Origin: Verrucomicrobiota bacterium
GTDB taxonomy: Bacteria; Verrucomicrobiota; Verrucomicrobiia; Chthoniobacterales; UBA10450
Length of the DNA stretch: 54,550 bases
Assembly (NCBI GenBank): GCA_003221295.1
Contig: QHRA01000184.1
Span: 1 to 54,550, forward strand
Direction of reading: 5' to 3'
Positions 8,833-17,485 of this stretch are shown piece by piece; positions within the stretch are counted from its first letter, which is position 1, and the number at the start of each line of letters is the position of its first letter. The translations under genes were made by a program, and so were the position numbers. Under the pieces are notes generated by a model. It saw nothing but the letters and a program-made list of their open reading frames with translations, was not told where the DNA came from and did no database searches.

Positions 8833-9343
8833 TTATTTGTCGGGCGTCTTCGACGCGGCCGACTCGGCGAGTTTTTGGAAGCGCGGATCGTTCCGGAGCG
8901 GATCGAACATCGGATCGAGCCGGAGGAACGCAGGAGTGAGCGGCACGGTCGGAGCCGGTGGTGCTTCATACGGCATCGAAAGCAGTTTCTGTAACGCGGC
9001 GATTGCGCGGTCAGGGTCTCCCATCTGCGCCGCCACGCGGGCGAGGATCTCGATTGGAGCAGGGCCGTCTAGCGCGTCGTTCTCGATCGGGACCACGGCA
9101 ATCCCATTCTCGACGAACACGAATGCAGCGGGTTTATCTCCCCATGCCATCGCCCGTCGCGATCTTGAGCAGGCGGTTTTCGCTTTCCGCTTTGCGAAAT
9201 TCGTCCGTCGATTGGACGATCTGATTGAGTTTCTCAACCGCAGCGCGCTGATCGTCCATCGCCATTTTCGAATACGCGACGATGTCGATGAAGAGGACGT
9301 GCGCGATCTCGAGCTCGATCTCTTTTTTAACCTCAGTGGACAT
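8833..9343 (-). pseudogene. Decayed cyclase-TPR family gene: cyclase N-terminus in one frame, TPR C-terminus in another, middle missing
   Basis: Frame A (9134-9343) reads IAHVLFIDIVAYSK...KIATGDGMGR-stop and matches the start of the 767-aa paralogue (IGHVLFMDVVAYSR...SGDGMALVFF). Frame B continues GDKPAAFVFVENG...AIAALQKLL...LRLDPMFDPLRNDPRFQKLAESA. The total is under 180 codons, against about 770 in the intact paralogue. Confidence 0.6.
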
Positions 9344-9690
9344 TTCGGTGCTGCCGCGAAATATCTCGGCTCAACTGCCGATAGTCGAGAGCAAAGCCCG
9401 CCCCCTCCAGAGATCGCCGCGCGCTGCAATGGCAGCTTGCCCATCTCCATTCAATTCGTCTATTCCTTCCAGATCATCGTCCCCGTAGTTCAACGGAAAG
9501 AACAAGAGTTTCCTAAGACGAAACTGGCTTTTTATCACACTTCGTCAGCGATTGTCTCAGTTACCAGACTGCTGGTTAGGAGATCGATCTGGAAGCTTTG
9601 CTAGCTAATGCCCAATCAGGGATGCCGCTCCGCGAAATCTTAGAATCTCTATCCCTTGCCTTGGAGGTCGAGCCAGCGGAACATTGAGAT

Positions 9691-10044
9691 GTGAAAGCTC
9701 GACTGGTCAGATTTGGCGAGATCGAGGTCGAGGGAAAGCGCTACACACATGATGTGGTGATCGACGGCGGCAAAGTACGGAAACGGAAGAAAGGACCTTC
9801 CAAACAATTCCGCGAAAAGTTCGGCCACACGCCGCTTTCGGCCGGGGAGGAAATTCCCTGGGGAGGCAAGCGGCTTATTGTCGGGACCGGCGCCCATGGC
9901 GCGCTTCCGGTAATGGACGAGGTCCTAGCGGAGGCGAAACAGCGCGGTATCGAGGTCATTGCGGCGCCCACATTGGAAGTCTGTCAGCTGCTGGAGGAAG
10001 TGAAGAAGGGCCAGGCCTACGCTGTCCTGCATTGCACGTGCTGA
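9691..10044 (+). CDS. Mth938-like (DUF498) domain protein
   Basis: 117 aa with a GTG start. The pattern FGEIEVEGKRYTHDVVI...GHTPLS...LIVGTGAHGALPV...GIEVIAAPT..A...L......AVLHCTC fits the Mth938-like fold family as I remember it. Confidence 0.55.
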   Translation: MKARLVRFGEIEVEGKRYTHDVVIDGGKVRKRKKGPSKQFREKFGHTPLSAGEEIPWGGKRLIVGTGAHGALPVMDEVLAEAKQRGIEVIAAPTLEVCQLLEEVKKGQAYAVLHCTC

Positions 10045-10146
10045 CCGGGGATTTGGGAGACTGAATCGCGGGTCACCACTCTTTGAAATCGCCCGTGTAC
10101 TCGTTGGCCACCGAGCCTTTGCAAGGGTGGCGGGAGCAGGCCCGAG

Positions 10147-10536
10147 TTAGGCGACGGCAAGTTGCCGGGCGGTCGGCTGCAACGCGGCGATGGCATTAGT
10201 CAATTCCACCAGCGACACCGGTTTGCTCAGACAAACGCATGCGCCGTTCGCATACGCGAGGGCGCTTGCATGCCCCGAATCTTTCTCGAAGAAAACAAGG
10301 GTTGGCAGTTGCTCATAGCAGCTATGAATGGCGCTCAGCAATGTCATTCCATGGCAATCTTCACCAAAAGTCATGATAGCGAGATCCAGCTCGCGCCCTC
10401 GTTGACAGGCAATTTGTAATGCATCAGAGACGGTTCGGGCGACCAGGAAAATGGTATCGGTGCCGAGAAGGGCTTGTCTTACCACCGATTCGAATTCGGT
10501 GTCCGATGTGAAGAGAAGCGCCTGCCGTCCTTTCAT
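10147..10536 (-). CDS. Stand-alone receiver-like (pseudo-receiver) domain protein
   Basis: Start ATG at 10536 has GGGAGGA 7 nt upstream. CheY-like layout (ALLFTSD..., LDLAIMTF..., LSKPVSLVELTNAI), but the phospho-acceptor position appears to be Thr/Met rather than Asp by hand alignment. Confidence 0.5.
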   Translation of the reverse strand: MKGRQALLFTSDTEFESVVRQALLGTDTIFLVARTVSDALQIACQRGRELDLAIMTFGEDCHGMTLLSAIHSCYEQLPTLVFFEKDSGHASALAYANGACVCLSKPVSLVELTNAIAALQPTARQLAVA

Positions 10537-10807
10537 AGTTAGTCCTCCCGCGGCTAAGACAAAAATCTGGACACCTGCGCATGCTATTCCGTTCATTTTT
10601 GCTTAAGTCTTTAGTTTTCATCTGAGCTCTGACATCGCAAGTCGCCTGTAATTTCCATATTGACAAATTGGCGGGATTTCTGACACGCTGTTCCGTTGTT
10701 GAATAGAAGGTCTGGATCAGGGAGGGCGCTTCAGATGCCGTGCTTTCCCTTTTCAGGCTCGCAACCCCAACTTCACCGGCCAAACAAACATCTGTATGAA
10801 ATGAAAA

Positions 10808-11245
10808 TTAGATGTGGCCGTGCTCCACAAGATATGCACGACCTGTTGGCTTTAGGAGAAGTGTCAGCTTGTCCCCCATGAGTGTTATTAAACGCAAACC
10901 AACCATTTCAGCGTCCAACAAAACATCGTAATGATATTGTGCCATTCCCTTAGAGATGCCCAGCGCGCGGGCTGTTTCCGAAACAGTCAAGCCCTCGTCG
11001 TGCTCAAACAGCAACTTCAGGAGTCTGACGGCGTCTGGATGCAACTCACCCTTTGGGGGCACGCCGGCAAGCTGCTGCCCAAGGTTTGCTACCTTTTGTT
11101 TAAGGTCCGTATTCTGCGTTTCCAGCGTCGTAACTTGCTCCGTAAGCAACGTGACCTTCTTCTCAAGCAGATCGATTACGTCTTTGCCAAGAGTAGCTGT
11201 GGATGCGATCCTGGCGATTTCCTTCGCCGTATCGATCGCGCTCAT
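10808..11245 (-). CDS. Coiled-coil protein with a C-terminal winged-helix (MarR/ArsR-like) DNA-binding domain
   Basis: N-terminal heptad-like segment (LLEKKVTLLTEQVTTLETQNTDLKQKVANLGQQL), followed by LTVSETARALGISKGMAQYHYDVLLDAEMV. Confidence 0.5.
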   Translation of the reverse strand: MSAIDTAKEIARIASTATLGKDVIDLLEKKVTLLTEQVTTLETQNTDLKQKVANLGQQLAGVPPKGELHPDAVRLLKLLFEHDEGLTVSETARALGISKGMAQYHYDVLLDAEMVGLRLITLMGDKLTLLLKPTGRAYLVEHGHI

Positions 11246-12012
11246 ACCAACTGCGAGTCAAAGCCGCATCAGCATGAGATCAGCAACGGAGTTCTGCAAA
11301 AGCCGGCCCAGACCTAGCATCCTCATTCCGTCACACCTGTGCAGCCGTCGTCATTTGGACGGCATTTGTTAAACAAACGCCACGGCTTCAAGTCAACGCC
11401 AACGGGAGCACTTGGCGCGGTCTTCAGCGCAAAATGTGTGCAAACGAAACTGTAAACGTTAAAATGCAATGCCAACGTAGCCTCAAAGCTTGTAACCGAA
11501 ATATCGTCGAATGGGGGACACGGATGGCTCGTGGTTGGCCCGCCAGCCGCGCTTATCATTTTCATACGAACAATAATTAAACCGAATATTCTATAAAGAA
11601 GTCTCGCTGATCGCGTAAAAAATTCAAATTGGGACTCTGCCCGCAAAAGCGACAATCCTACGGCTTCGATCCCAGATTTTTCGAGTCGCAGCCGGCCCTA
11701 TTCCCCGCGAGCGAGGATTCGTTCACGGTTGTGTTCTACGGGTCACACGTGCCACGAAGCTCGCTCGCGCATGAGTCGTTCTAGGCATGTGCGATTGGTC
11801 GCACTCCTGCGATAATCTGTGACTGTCCCTTCTACGCGCGCGAGGACCGAAGCGCGCTAAACGAAAGACTTACTTACTCGGGGATACCTTCCTCGACGTG
11901 GGCAGACGAGATTGAGCAACACTGAAATGAGTGATCTTGTTCTGAAATATGTTCTGACTTAACTGTTTTTCCGAGCGTAAATCGTCGTAACATGCTCATA
12001 ATAAGAAAGATG

Positions 12013-12084
12013 AGGCGGGGGCGGGAATCGAACCCGCGAATAGCGGTTTTGCAGACCGCGACCTTACCACTTGGCTACCCCGCC
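12013..12084 (-). tRNA. tRNA-Cys (anticodon GCA)
   Basis: Reverse complement: GGCGGGGTAGCCAAGTGGTAAGGTCGCGGTCTGCAAAACCGCTATTCGCGGGTTCGATTCCCGCCCCCGCCT. It folds by hand into a 7-bp acceptor stem, anticodon arm GCGGT/ACCGC with loop CTGCAAA, T arm GCGGG-TTCGATT-CCCGC, and discriminator U. CCA is not encoded. Confidence 0.92.
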
Positions 12085-12268
12085 ATTGCGCGCGGCGCGA
12101 AACTATCGAGTGCAGCTAAGCGCTGTCAACGTAGGCAGAAATGGGGTGATGGAGTTATAGAGTGTTGCAGTAATGAAAAGAGAGACACCCGAAATCATCA
12201 CTCCACTACTCCAGTACCCCTTTGCAGGAATACTTTAACGCTATGACGAATCCGCATATCGTCACGGC

Positions 12269-13540
12269 GTGACGAAATCAGGCGACCTCTTCGCTCGCGC
12301 CCTCGGCAAAATTCCCGGCGGTGTGAATTCCCCGGTCCGGGCCTTTAGGGCGGTAAGCGGCGAACCAGTTTTTGTCGAGCGCGCGAAAGGCTCGCGCATT
12401 TGGACGGTCGATGGTGTTGAACTGATCGATTACGTCGGAAGCTGGGGACCTGCCATTCTCGGACACGCACCCCCAGTTGTCGTTAGCGCTATCTGCGATG
12501 CGGCGCAGCGAGGCGTTAGCTTCGGTATTCCGAATCCGCTCGAAGTGGAAATGGCCGAGCTGATCTGCGCTTGGATGCCGTCGATTGAAAAAGTAAGGAT
12601 GGTGAATAGCGGAACCGAGGCGACAATGTCTTGCCTGCGACTGGCGCGCGGATTCACCAAACGCGACAAGATCATCAAGTTCGCCGGTTGTTATCATGGC
12701 CATGCTGATTCGCTGCTAGTCAAAGCTGGAAGCGGTGCGCTTACTCACGGCCAACCAGATAGCGCGGGCGTTCCGCGAGCAGTCGCCAGCGAAACAATTG
12801 TTCTTCCTTTCAACAATACCGAAGCGATCCGTGCCGCCTTTCGCGAAAACAAGGATCAGATCGCCGGAGTCATTCTCGAACCGATTCCAGCAAACGCCGG
12901 ATTATTTTTGCCACGCGAAGATTTCCTTCATCAACTTCGGGAAGAATGCACGAGAAACGGCACCCTCTTAATTTTCGATGAAGTTATGACCGGTTTCCGC
13001 GTTGCGCGAGGCGGCGCACAACAGCTTTATGGAATTCGGCCTGATTTGACTGCGCTCGGCAAAGTCATTGGCGGCGGTTTGCCGGTGGGCGCGTTCGGTG
13101 GCCGCGCGGAAATCATGGGTCAGCTTTCACCTGATGGTCCAGTTTATCAGGCGGGAACGCTCTCTGGGAATCCGCTGGCCATGGCGGCTGGTCTGGCACA
13201 ATTGCGCGAGCTCGAGCGGATCGATGGCTGGAGACTACTGGAAGACATCGCTGGGAAGTTAGAGAAGGCGCTCGCCAGTGTAACCTCTGGCAGAAAACTC
13301 ACATTTCACCGCATCGGTTCAATGTTTTGCCTCTTTTTCGCCAACGGTCCGATTTTCGATTTGGAATCGGCACAGCGCAGCGACATCAAAAAATTCGCGC
13401 AGTTTTTTCATTCATGTCTCGAGCACGGCATTTATTTTCCGCCGTCGCAATTCGAGACCGCATTTATTTCCACCGCTCATAGTGACGATGACGTCGAGCA
13501 AACGGTCCGCGGCGTGCGTGCGGCACTGACAAAGTTGTAG
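12269..13540 (+). CDS. hemL: Glutamate-1-semialdehyde 2,1-aminomutase
   Basis: 423 aa. Canonical N-terminus LFARALGKIPGGVNSPVRAFRAV, a class III aminotransferase body, and the GKVIGGGLPVGAFGG PLP-lysine region. Confidence 0.92.
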   Translation: MTKSGDLFARALGKIPGGVNSPVRAFRAVSGEPVFVERAKGSRIWTVDGVELIDYVGSWGPAILGHAPPVVVSAICDAAQRGVSFGIPNPLEVEMAELICAWMPSIEKVRMVNSGTEATMSCLRLARGFTKRDKIIKFAGCYHGHADSLLVKAGSGALTHGQPDSAGVPRAVASETIVLPFNNTEAIRAAFRENKDQIAGVILEPIPANAGLFLPREDFLHQLREECTRNGTLLIFDEVMTGFRVARGGAQQLYGIRPDLTALGKVIGGGLPVGAFGGRAEIMGQLSPDGPVYQAGTLSGNPLAMAAGLAQLRELERIDGWRLLEDIAGKLEKALASVTSGRKLTFHRIGSMFCLFFANGPIFDLESAQRSDIKKFAQFFHSCLEHGIYFPPSQFETAFISTAHSDDDVEQTVRGVRAALTKL

Positions 13541-13595
13541 AGGCAGGCGTGTCGCCTGCAATTTTCCAAGAGCAGCCGACACGGCTGCCGCTACA
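13536..13595. terminator. Two-hairpin bidirectional terminator-like repeat module (copy 1)
   Basis: tgtagaggcaggcgtgtcgcctgcaattttccaagagcagccgacacggctgccgctaca. Stems are GCAGGCG/CGCCTGC and GCAGCCG/CGGCTGC with an A/T run between them. The hemL TAG stop lies inside the element. A second copy is at 31035-31096. Confidence 0.7.
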
Positions 13596-13652
13596 GTCTT
13601 CTATCGTCAAAATTTTTGCGTACGTCTTCCGCATGGTCTAGGAAAGCCCGCT

Positions 13653-16199
13653 GTGAGCGTCACTCCGGCGGATCCAATCCGCGCCGTCGCAAAATTTTTC
13701 TTCGAAGGCGAGTGTAAATTTTTCGTTAAAGGTGTTACCTACGGTCCATTCAAACCGGATGCGTTAGGAAACTATCTCGGAACACGCGACCAAGCCGCGC
13801 GCGATCTCGCTCAGATTCGCGAATCCGGGTTTAACGTTGTTCGCGTTTATCACTGCCCGCCGCGTTGGTTTCTCGATGCCTGCGCCGAAGCCGGGGTACG
13901 CGCGCTCATCACGTTGCCCTGGGCCAAACACATCGAATTCCTACATCAACGATCGGCCCGAAACGAAATTACCCGCTCCGTTTCGAACGCCATCAAAATG
14001 CACGCCGGCCACCCCGCCATTTTCGCCTATCTCGTCGGCAATGAAATCGCGCCGCAAATGGTCCGCTGGTTGGGCGTGCGACGCGTCACAGAGTTTATCG
14101 AGCATCTCATTGCGATGGGCCGCAGCCTCGATCCGCGCGTTTTATTTTCCTACGCCACTTATCCGCCGACTGAATTCCTGCTCCCGCAAAACGTCGATTT
14201 TTTTTGCTTCAACGTTTATCTGCATAAGCAGCGCGATTTCGAGCGTTATCTCTTTCGTCTGCAAAATCTCATCGAAGATCGTCCGCTCATCCTTGGCGAA
14301 TTCGGAATGGATACGATCCGGCACAGCCAGGATGAGCAGGCCGAAATGCTGAGCTGGCACGTCGATAGCGTCATCAAATGTGGACTCGCTGGCACCGTTT
14401 TCTTTTCCTGGACTGACGAATGGTACACCGGCGAACAGGAGATTACTGATTGGGCATTCGGGCTGGTCACGCGCGATCGTCAACCAAAAAAAGCGCTCCA
14501 TGCTCTGCGCGAAAAACTTGGACAAGACGACGCCGTCCTTCCGCACCGTCATCTTAATCAAACGCCGTCTGTCTCAGTCATTGTTTGTTGTTACAACGGC
14601 GGCGCCACATTGAGGGCCTGTCTCGAGTCGCTCGGCAAAATCGATTACCCAAAGTTTGAGATCGTTGTGGTGGATGATGGATCCACTGACAACACCGCGC
14701 AGATTGCCGCTGAATTCCCGAACGTGCGGTACATCCATCAACCCAACCGTGGGCTGAGCGCTGCGCGGAACACCGGCGCCGCGGCCGCGCGCGGCGAAGT
14801 ATTCGCCTACACCGACGCGGACTGTATGGCCGACGTCGATTGGCTATATTATTTGATCGGCACGCTCACCAGTGGCGACTTCGCGGGCGTGGGCGGTCCG
14901 AACGTTTCGCCGCCGGCAAAAACATGGATCCAGGCTTGTGTCGCCGCTGCGCCCGGCGGGCCGAGTCACGTCCTGTTAACCGATATCGTCGCCGAGCACA
15001 TTCCTGGTTGTAACATGGCGTTTTGGCGGTGGGCTTTCGAAAATATCGGCGGGTTCGATCCGGAATATCACGCGGCGGGTGATGACGTAGATTTTTGCTG
15101 GCGGTTGCAACAAGCCGGCAGCGTAATCGCATTCAGCCCTACTGCCATCGTCTGGCACCATCGTCGTTTTACTCTGCGCGCGTTTCGCAAACAACAGGAA
15201 GGTTATGGCGAAGCCGAATCGTTGTTGCGTTTCAAGCATCTCATCTTTTTCGGGCCAACCGGAACTGCGAAATGGCGCGGGCAAATTTACGGCACACCGC
15301 GTTTCAGTTGGTTCATCAATCGCCCGATTATTTATCATGGAATTTTCGCAGACGGATTCTTCCAATCGATCTATCCCACTCCGCAATCGGAAGTGGCCGG
15401 TTATCTCAGCAGCATCGAATGGTTCACGCTCACCATCTTTCTTTTCGGCGTGGGCGTATTTATTCCACCGCTGCGGATCGTCCCGTATCTGATGCTCGGC
15501 GGCACACTTTGTGTCGCGCTCTCTTATATGGTACGCGCGCGGATCGAGCCGCACTTCGATACCATTCTTTCCCGCCTGCTGGTGATGTTTCTGGCTTTTG
15601 CGCAACCACTCGTTCGGGGTTGGTCGCGTTATTTTACCTGGTTGCATTTCAAACGCACTCCCGGTTCTGTTATTGCGCAACACGAGAAGCTTCCCGCCGG
15701 TAGGAAATTTGGCGGGAGCTGGGGCCGCCTCGCTTACTGGAACGAGGAAGGCAAGGATCGTCACAACCTCTTACGAGAAATCTTCACGCTCCTTGATCAG
15801 GAAAACTGGCGTTACTCGATCGATACCGGCTGGCAGGAATGGGACATCCAGATTTACGGTAATTTCTGGTGGAGCATCATTCTGCGGACGGTTACGGAAT
15901 ATCACGGCGACGGAAAATGCCTGACCCGCGTTCAACTTCGCTACCGTTACGTCACCACCACTGTGATCGTAAATCTCATCGTCCTCACCTTGCTCATCTA
16001 CCATTTCCTTAAAACTGGGCACGTCCAACTTCTCTTCGCCGTCCCTTACGCACTCTTTGCCTTGTTCCTTTTCCTGAGGGCACGCCGGTTGAAAACGAGG
16101 GTGCGGGAGCTGATCGATTTTGCGGCTTATCGGATCAACATGAATCGCATTTTGCGATCGCGTTTTCGCCCCAATCCAATCGCCAGCGCACCGAAGTGA
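13653..16199 (+). CDS. Fusion protein: N-terminal clan GH-A (TIM-barrel) glycosidase-like domain, family 2 glycosyltransferase, C-terminal multi-TM domain
   Basis: The GH-A-like part has VGNEI (acid/base NE) and LILGEFGMD (nucleophile E). The GT2 part has VSVIVCCYNGGATL...VVVDDGSTDNT...YTDADC and a QxxRW-like region RKQQEGYGEAE. At least 4 TM helices follow residue ~600. Confidence 0.8.
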   Translation: MSVTPADPIRAVAKFFFEGECKFFVKGVTYGPFKPDALGNYLGTRDQAARDLAQIRESGFNVVRVYHCPPRWFLDACAEAGVRALITLPWAKHIEFLHQRSARNEITRSVSNAIKMHAGHPAIFAYLVGNEIAPQMVRWLGVRRVTEFIEHLIAMGRSLDPRVLFSYATYPPTEFLLPQNVDFFCFNVYLHKQRDFERYLFRLQNLIEDRPLILGEFGMDTIRHSQDEQAEMLSWHVDSVIKCGLAGTVFFSWTDEWYTGEQEITDWAFGLVTRDRQPKKALHALREKLGQDDAVLPHRHLNQTPSVSVIVCCYNGGATLRACLESLGKIDYPKFEIVVVDDGSTDNTAQIAAEFPNVRYIHQPNRGLSAARNTGAAAARGEVFAYTDADCMADVDWLYYLIGTLTSGDFAGVGGPNVSPPAKTWIQACVAAAPGGPSHVLLTDIVAEHIPGCNMAFWRWAFENIGGFDPEYHAAGDDVDFCWRLQQAGSVIAFSPTAIVWHHRRFTLRAFRKQQEGYGEAESLLRFKHLIFFGPTGTAKWRGQIYGTPRFSWFINRPIIYHGIFADGFFQSIYPTPQSEVAGYLSSIEWFTLTIFLFGVGVFIPPLRIVPYLMLGGTLCVALSYMVRARIEPHFDTILSRLLVMFLAFAQPLVRGWSRYFTWLHFKRTPGSVIAQHEKLPAGRKFGGSWGRLAYWNEEGKDRHNLLREIFTLLDQENWRYSIDTGWQEWDIQIYGNFWWSIILRTVTEYHGDGKCLTRVQLRYRYVTTTVIVNLIVLTLLIYHFLKTGHVQLLFAVPYALFALFLFLRARRLKTRVRELIDFAAYRINMNRILRSRFRPNPIASAPK

Positions 16200-17485
16200 A
16201 GGTGCGATTTTGGATCGCGCTCGTCGCGCAATTGGTGCTCTTCGCTTCGCTTAATCTTTTCGACGACTGGACCCTGGAATGGATGCCAGTGTATTTTGTC
16301 GCCTGCGCGATTCTGTGCGGCCTCGCTTACTTGTTTGCAGCGACCGAATTTGCCGCGATCAACAAAAACGCAGTCTGGATTTTCTGGCTGGCCACAATCG
16401 TACTGCGTTTGCTGGCGATGCCCCAGACACCGGGCAACGAAGTCTGGCGCTTTCAAGCCGACGGAGTGATTCAACGCGCCGGATTCAATCCCTATCAGGT
16501 CGCGCCGAATGATTCCCGCGTAGCCGGCAAAATCCCGGAACTTGCGCGCGTCCCGCGGACCGATGAGCCCACCGCCTTCGCACCGGGCGCCGAAGTTTTA
16601 TTTCGCGCCATCCCTGCGACAAACAGCGCGCTACTCTACAAAATAATTTTTGGCGCTGCCGATTTACTCGCCATCGCGCTCCTTCTTCGGCTGCTTGATA
16701 AACAAACTGCCGTCTGGTTCGCCTGGAATCCGCTCGTCGCTTATAGTTTTTTTGGCGCAGCACATTTCGACAGCATCATTTTGCTCGCCATTGTCGCGCT
16801 GATTTTCTTCCTCGAACGATTTGAACAAACGGCGCGCTGGAAATTTGCCCTCGGCGCCGCCGTCGCGCTTGGATTTGCCATCGCACTTCGACCGGTCTGC
16901 ATCGTTTTGTTGATTCCATCACTTTTTGCCTTGCGTCGCTACTTCATTGCAGTCGCGGCTACCATCGCTTTGCCCGTTCTCGTTGATTGCACGTTTGGGT
17001 TTCCCTTTGCGCAAAATCTGTTCGGTGACTTCGGTCATGTCAGTCGGCTCAATGATTTATTTTGGTGGCTGATTGAAGACACGATTTTGCCAAATTGGCA
17101 TCAGCAATATTATCGCTACGACCTAATCCTTCTGATTGTGTCGGCGCTGATTGGTCTCTTTTTCATGCGCAATTGGCGGCGCGGCATGCTTTGGTCGCTC
17201 GGCGCCAGTCTCATTCTCGCGCCGGCCTTAAACGCCTGGTATGTGACTTGGATTCTGCCAGTGGCTACGTGGCGGCGCGCCTTCGCCTGGCATTTTCTGA
17301 GTGTCACTATTTTCGCTTACTACCTCTTTTATAATGAGCGCCTTTTCGCTCTCCCCTGGCACGCCGAACCATGGTTGCGAGGCATAATCGTGTTGCCCGT
17401 GCTTTTCGCCATGATCGTAATGGCCACGCAGCACCATCAGGCTCTAAACGCGGCTAACTCAACACCTCCCTCATCGCCCGTTTAA
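16196..17485 (+). CDS. Polytopic membrane protein, GT-C fold glycosyltransferase-like (DUF2029/GT87-like)
   Basis: About 11 predicted TM helices. The first loop carries EVWRFQADGVIQRAGFNPY, resembling the D...G.NPY loop of DUF2029 mannosyltransferase-like proteins. The start overlaps the upstream stop (GTGA at 16196-16199). Confidence 0.6.
   Translation: MKVRFWIALVAQLVLFASLNLFDDWTLEWMPVYFVACAILCGLAYLFAATEFAAINKNAVWIFWLATIVLRLLAMPQTPGNEVWRFQADGVIQRAGFNPYQVAPNDSRVAGKIPELARVPRTDEPTAFAPGAEVLFRAIPATNSALLYKIIFGAADLLAIALLLRLLDKQTAVWFAWNPLVAYSFFGAAHFDSIILLAIVALIFFLERFEQTARWKFALGAAVALGFAIALRPVCIVLLIPSLFALRRYFIAVAATIALPVLVDCTFGFPFAQNLFGDFGHVSRLNDLFWWLIEDTILPNWHQQYYRYDLILLIVSALIGLFFMRNWRRGMLWSLGASLILAPALNAWYVTWILPVATWRRAFAWHFLSVTIFAYYLFYNERLFALPWHAEPWLRGIIVLPVLFAMIVMATQHHQALNAANSTPPSSPV

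Noticed and set aside
8833-9450. Intact 205-aa gene as listed in the ORF track
   Set aside because: The first ~100 residues (…SSSRSRTSSSSTSSRIRKWRW…) are low-complexity out-of-frame translation of the cyclase N-terminal coding region. The real signal is split over two frames, so I call it a pseudogene.
11323-11655. 110-codon minus-strand ORF in the long spacer
   Set aside because: It has no ribosome-binding site and an odd composition, and it shows no similarity to anything I recognise. I mention it only as part of the unexplained non-coding region.
11992-12246. 84-codon plus-strand ORF (MLIIRKMRRGRESNPRIAVLQTATLPLGYP...)
   Set aside because: It is the antisense reading of the tRNA-Cys gene (12013-12084). 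The ESNPR/LPLGY string is the usual artefact of translating a tRNA.
14976-15764. 262-codon minus-strand ORF inside the GH/GT2 fusion gene. The same applies to 2012-2923 (+), 17625-18374 (+), 32361-32987 (-), 33629-34210 (-), 36961-37458 (-) and 48020-48958 (-).
   Set aside because: All lie antisense within genes that have strong motif evidence, and they have Arg/Ser/Pro-rich nonsense-like sequences typical of high-GC shadow ORFs.
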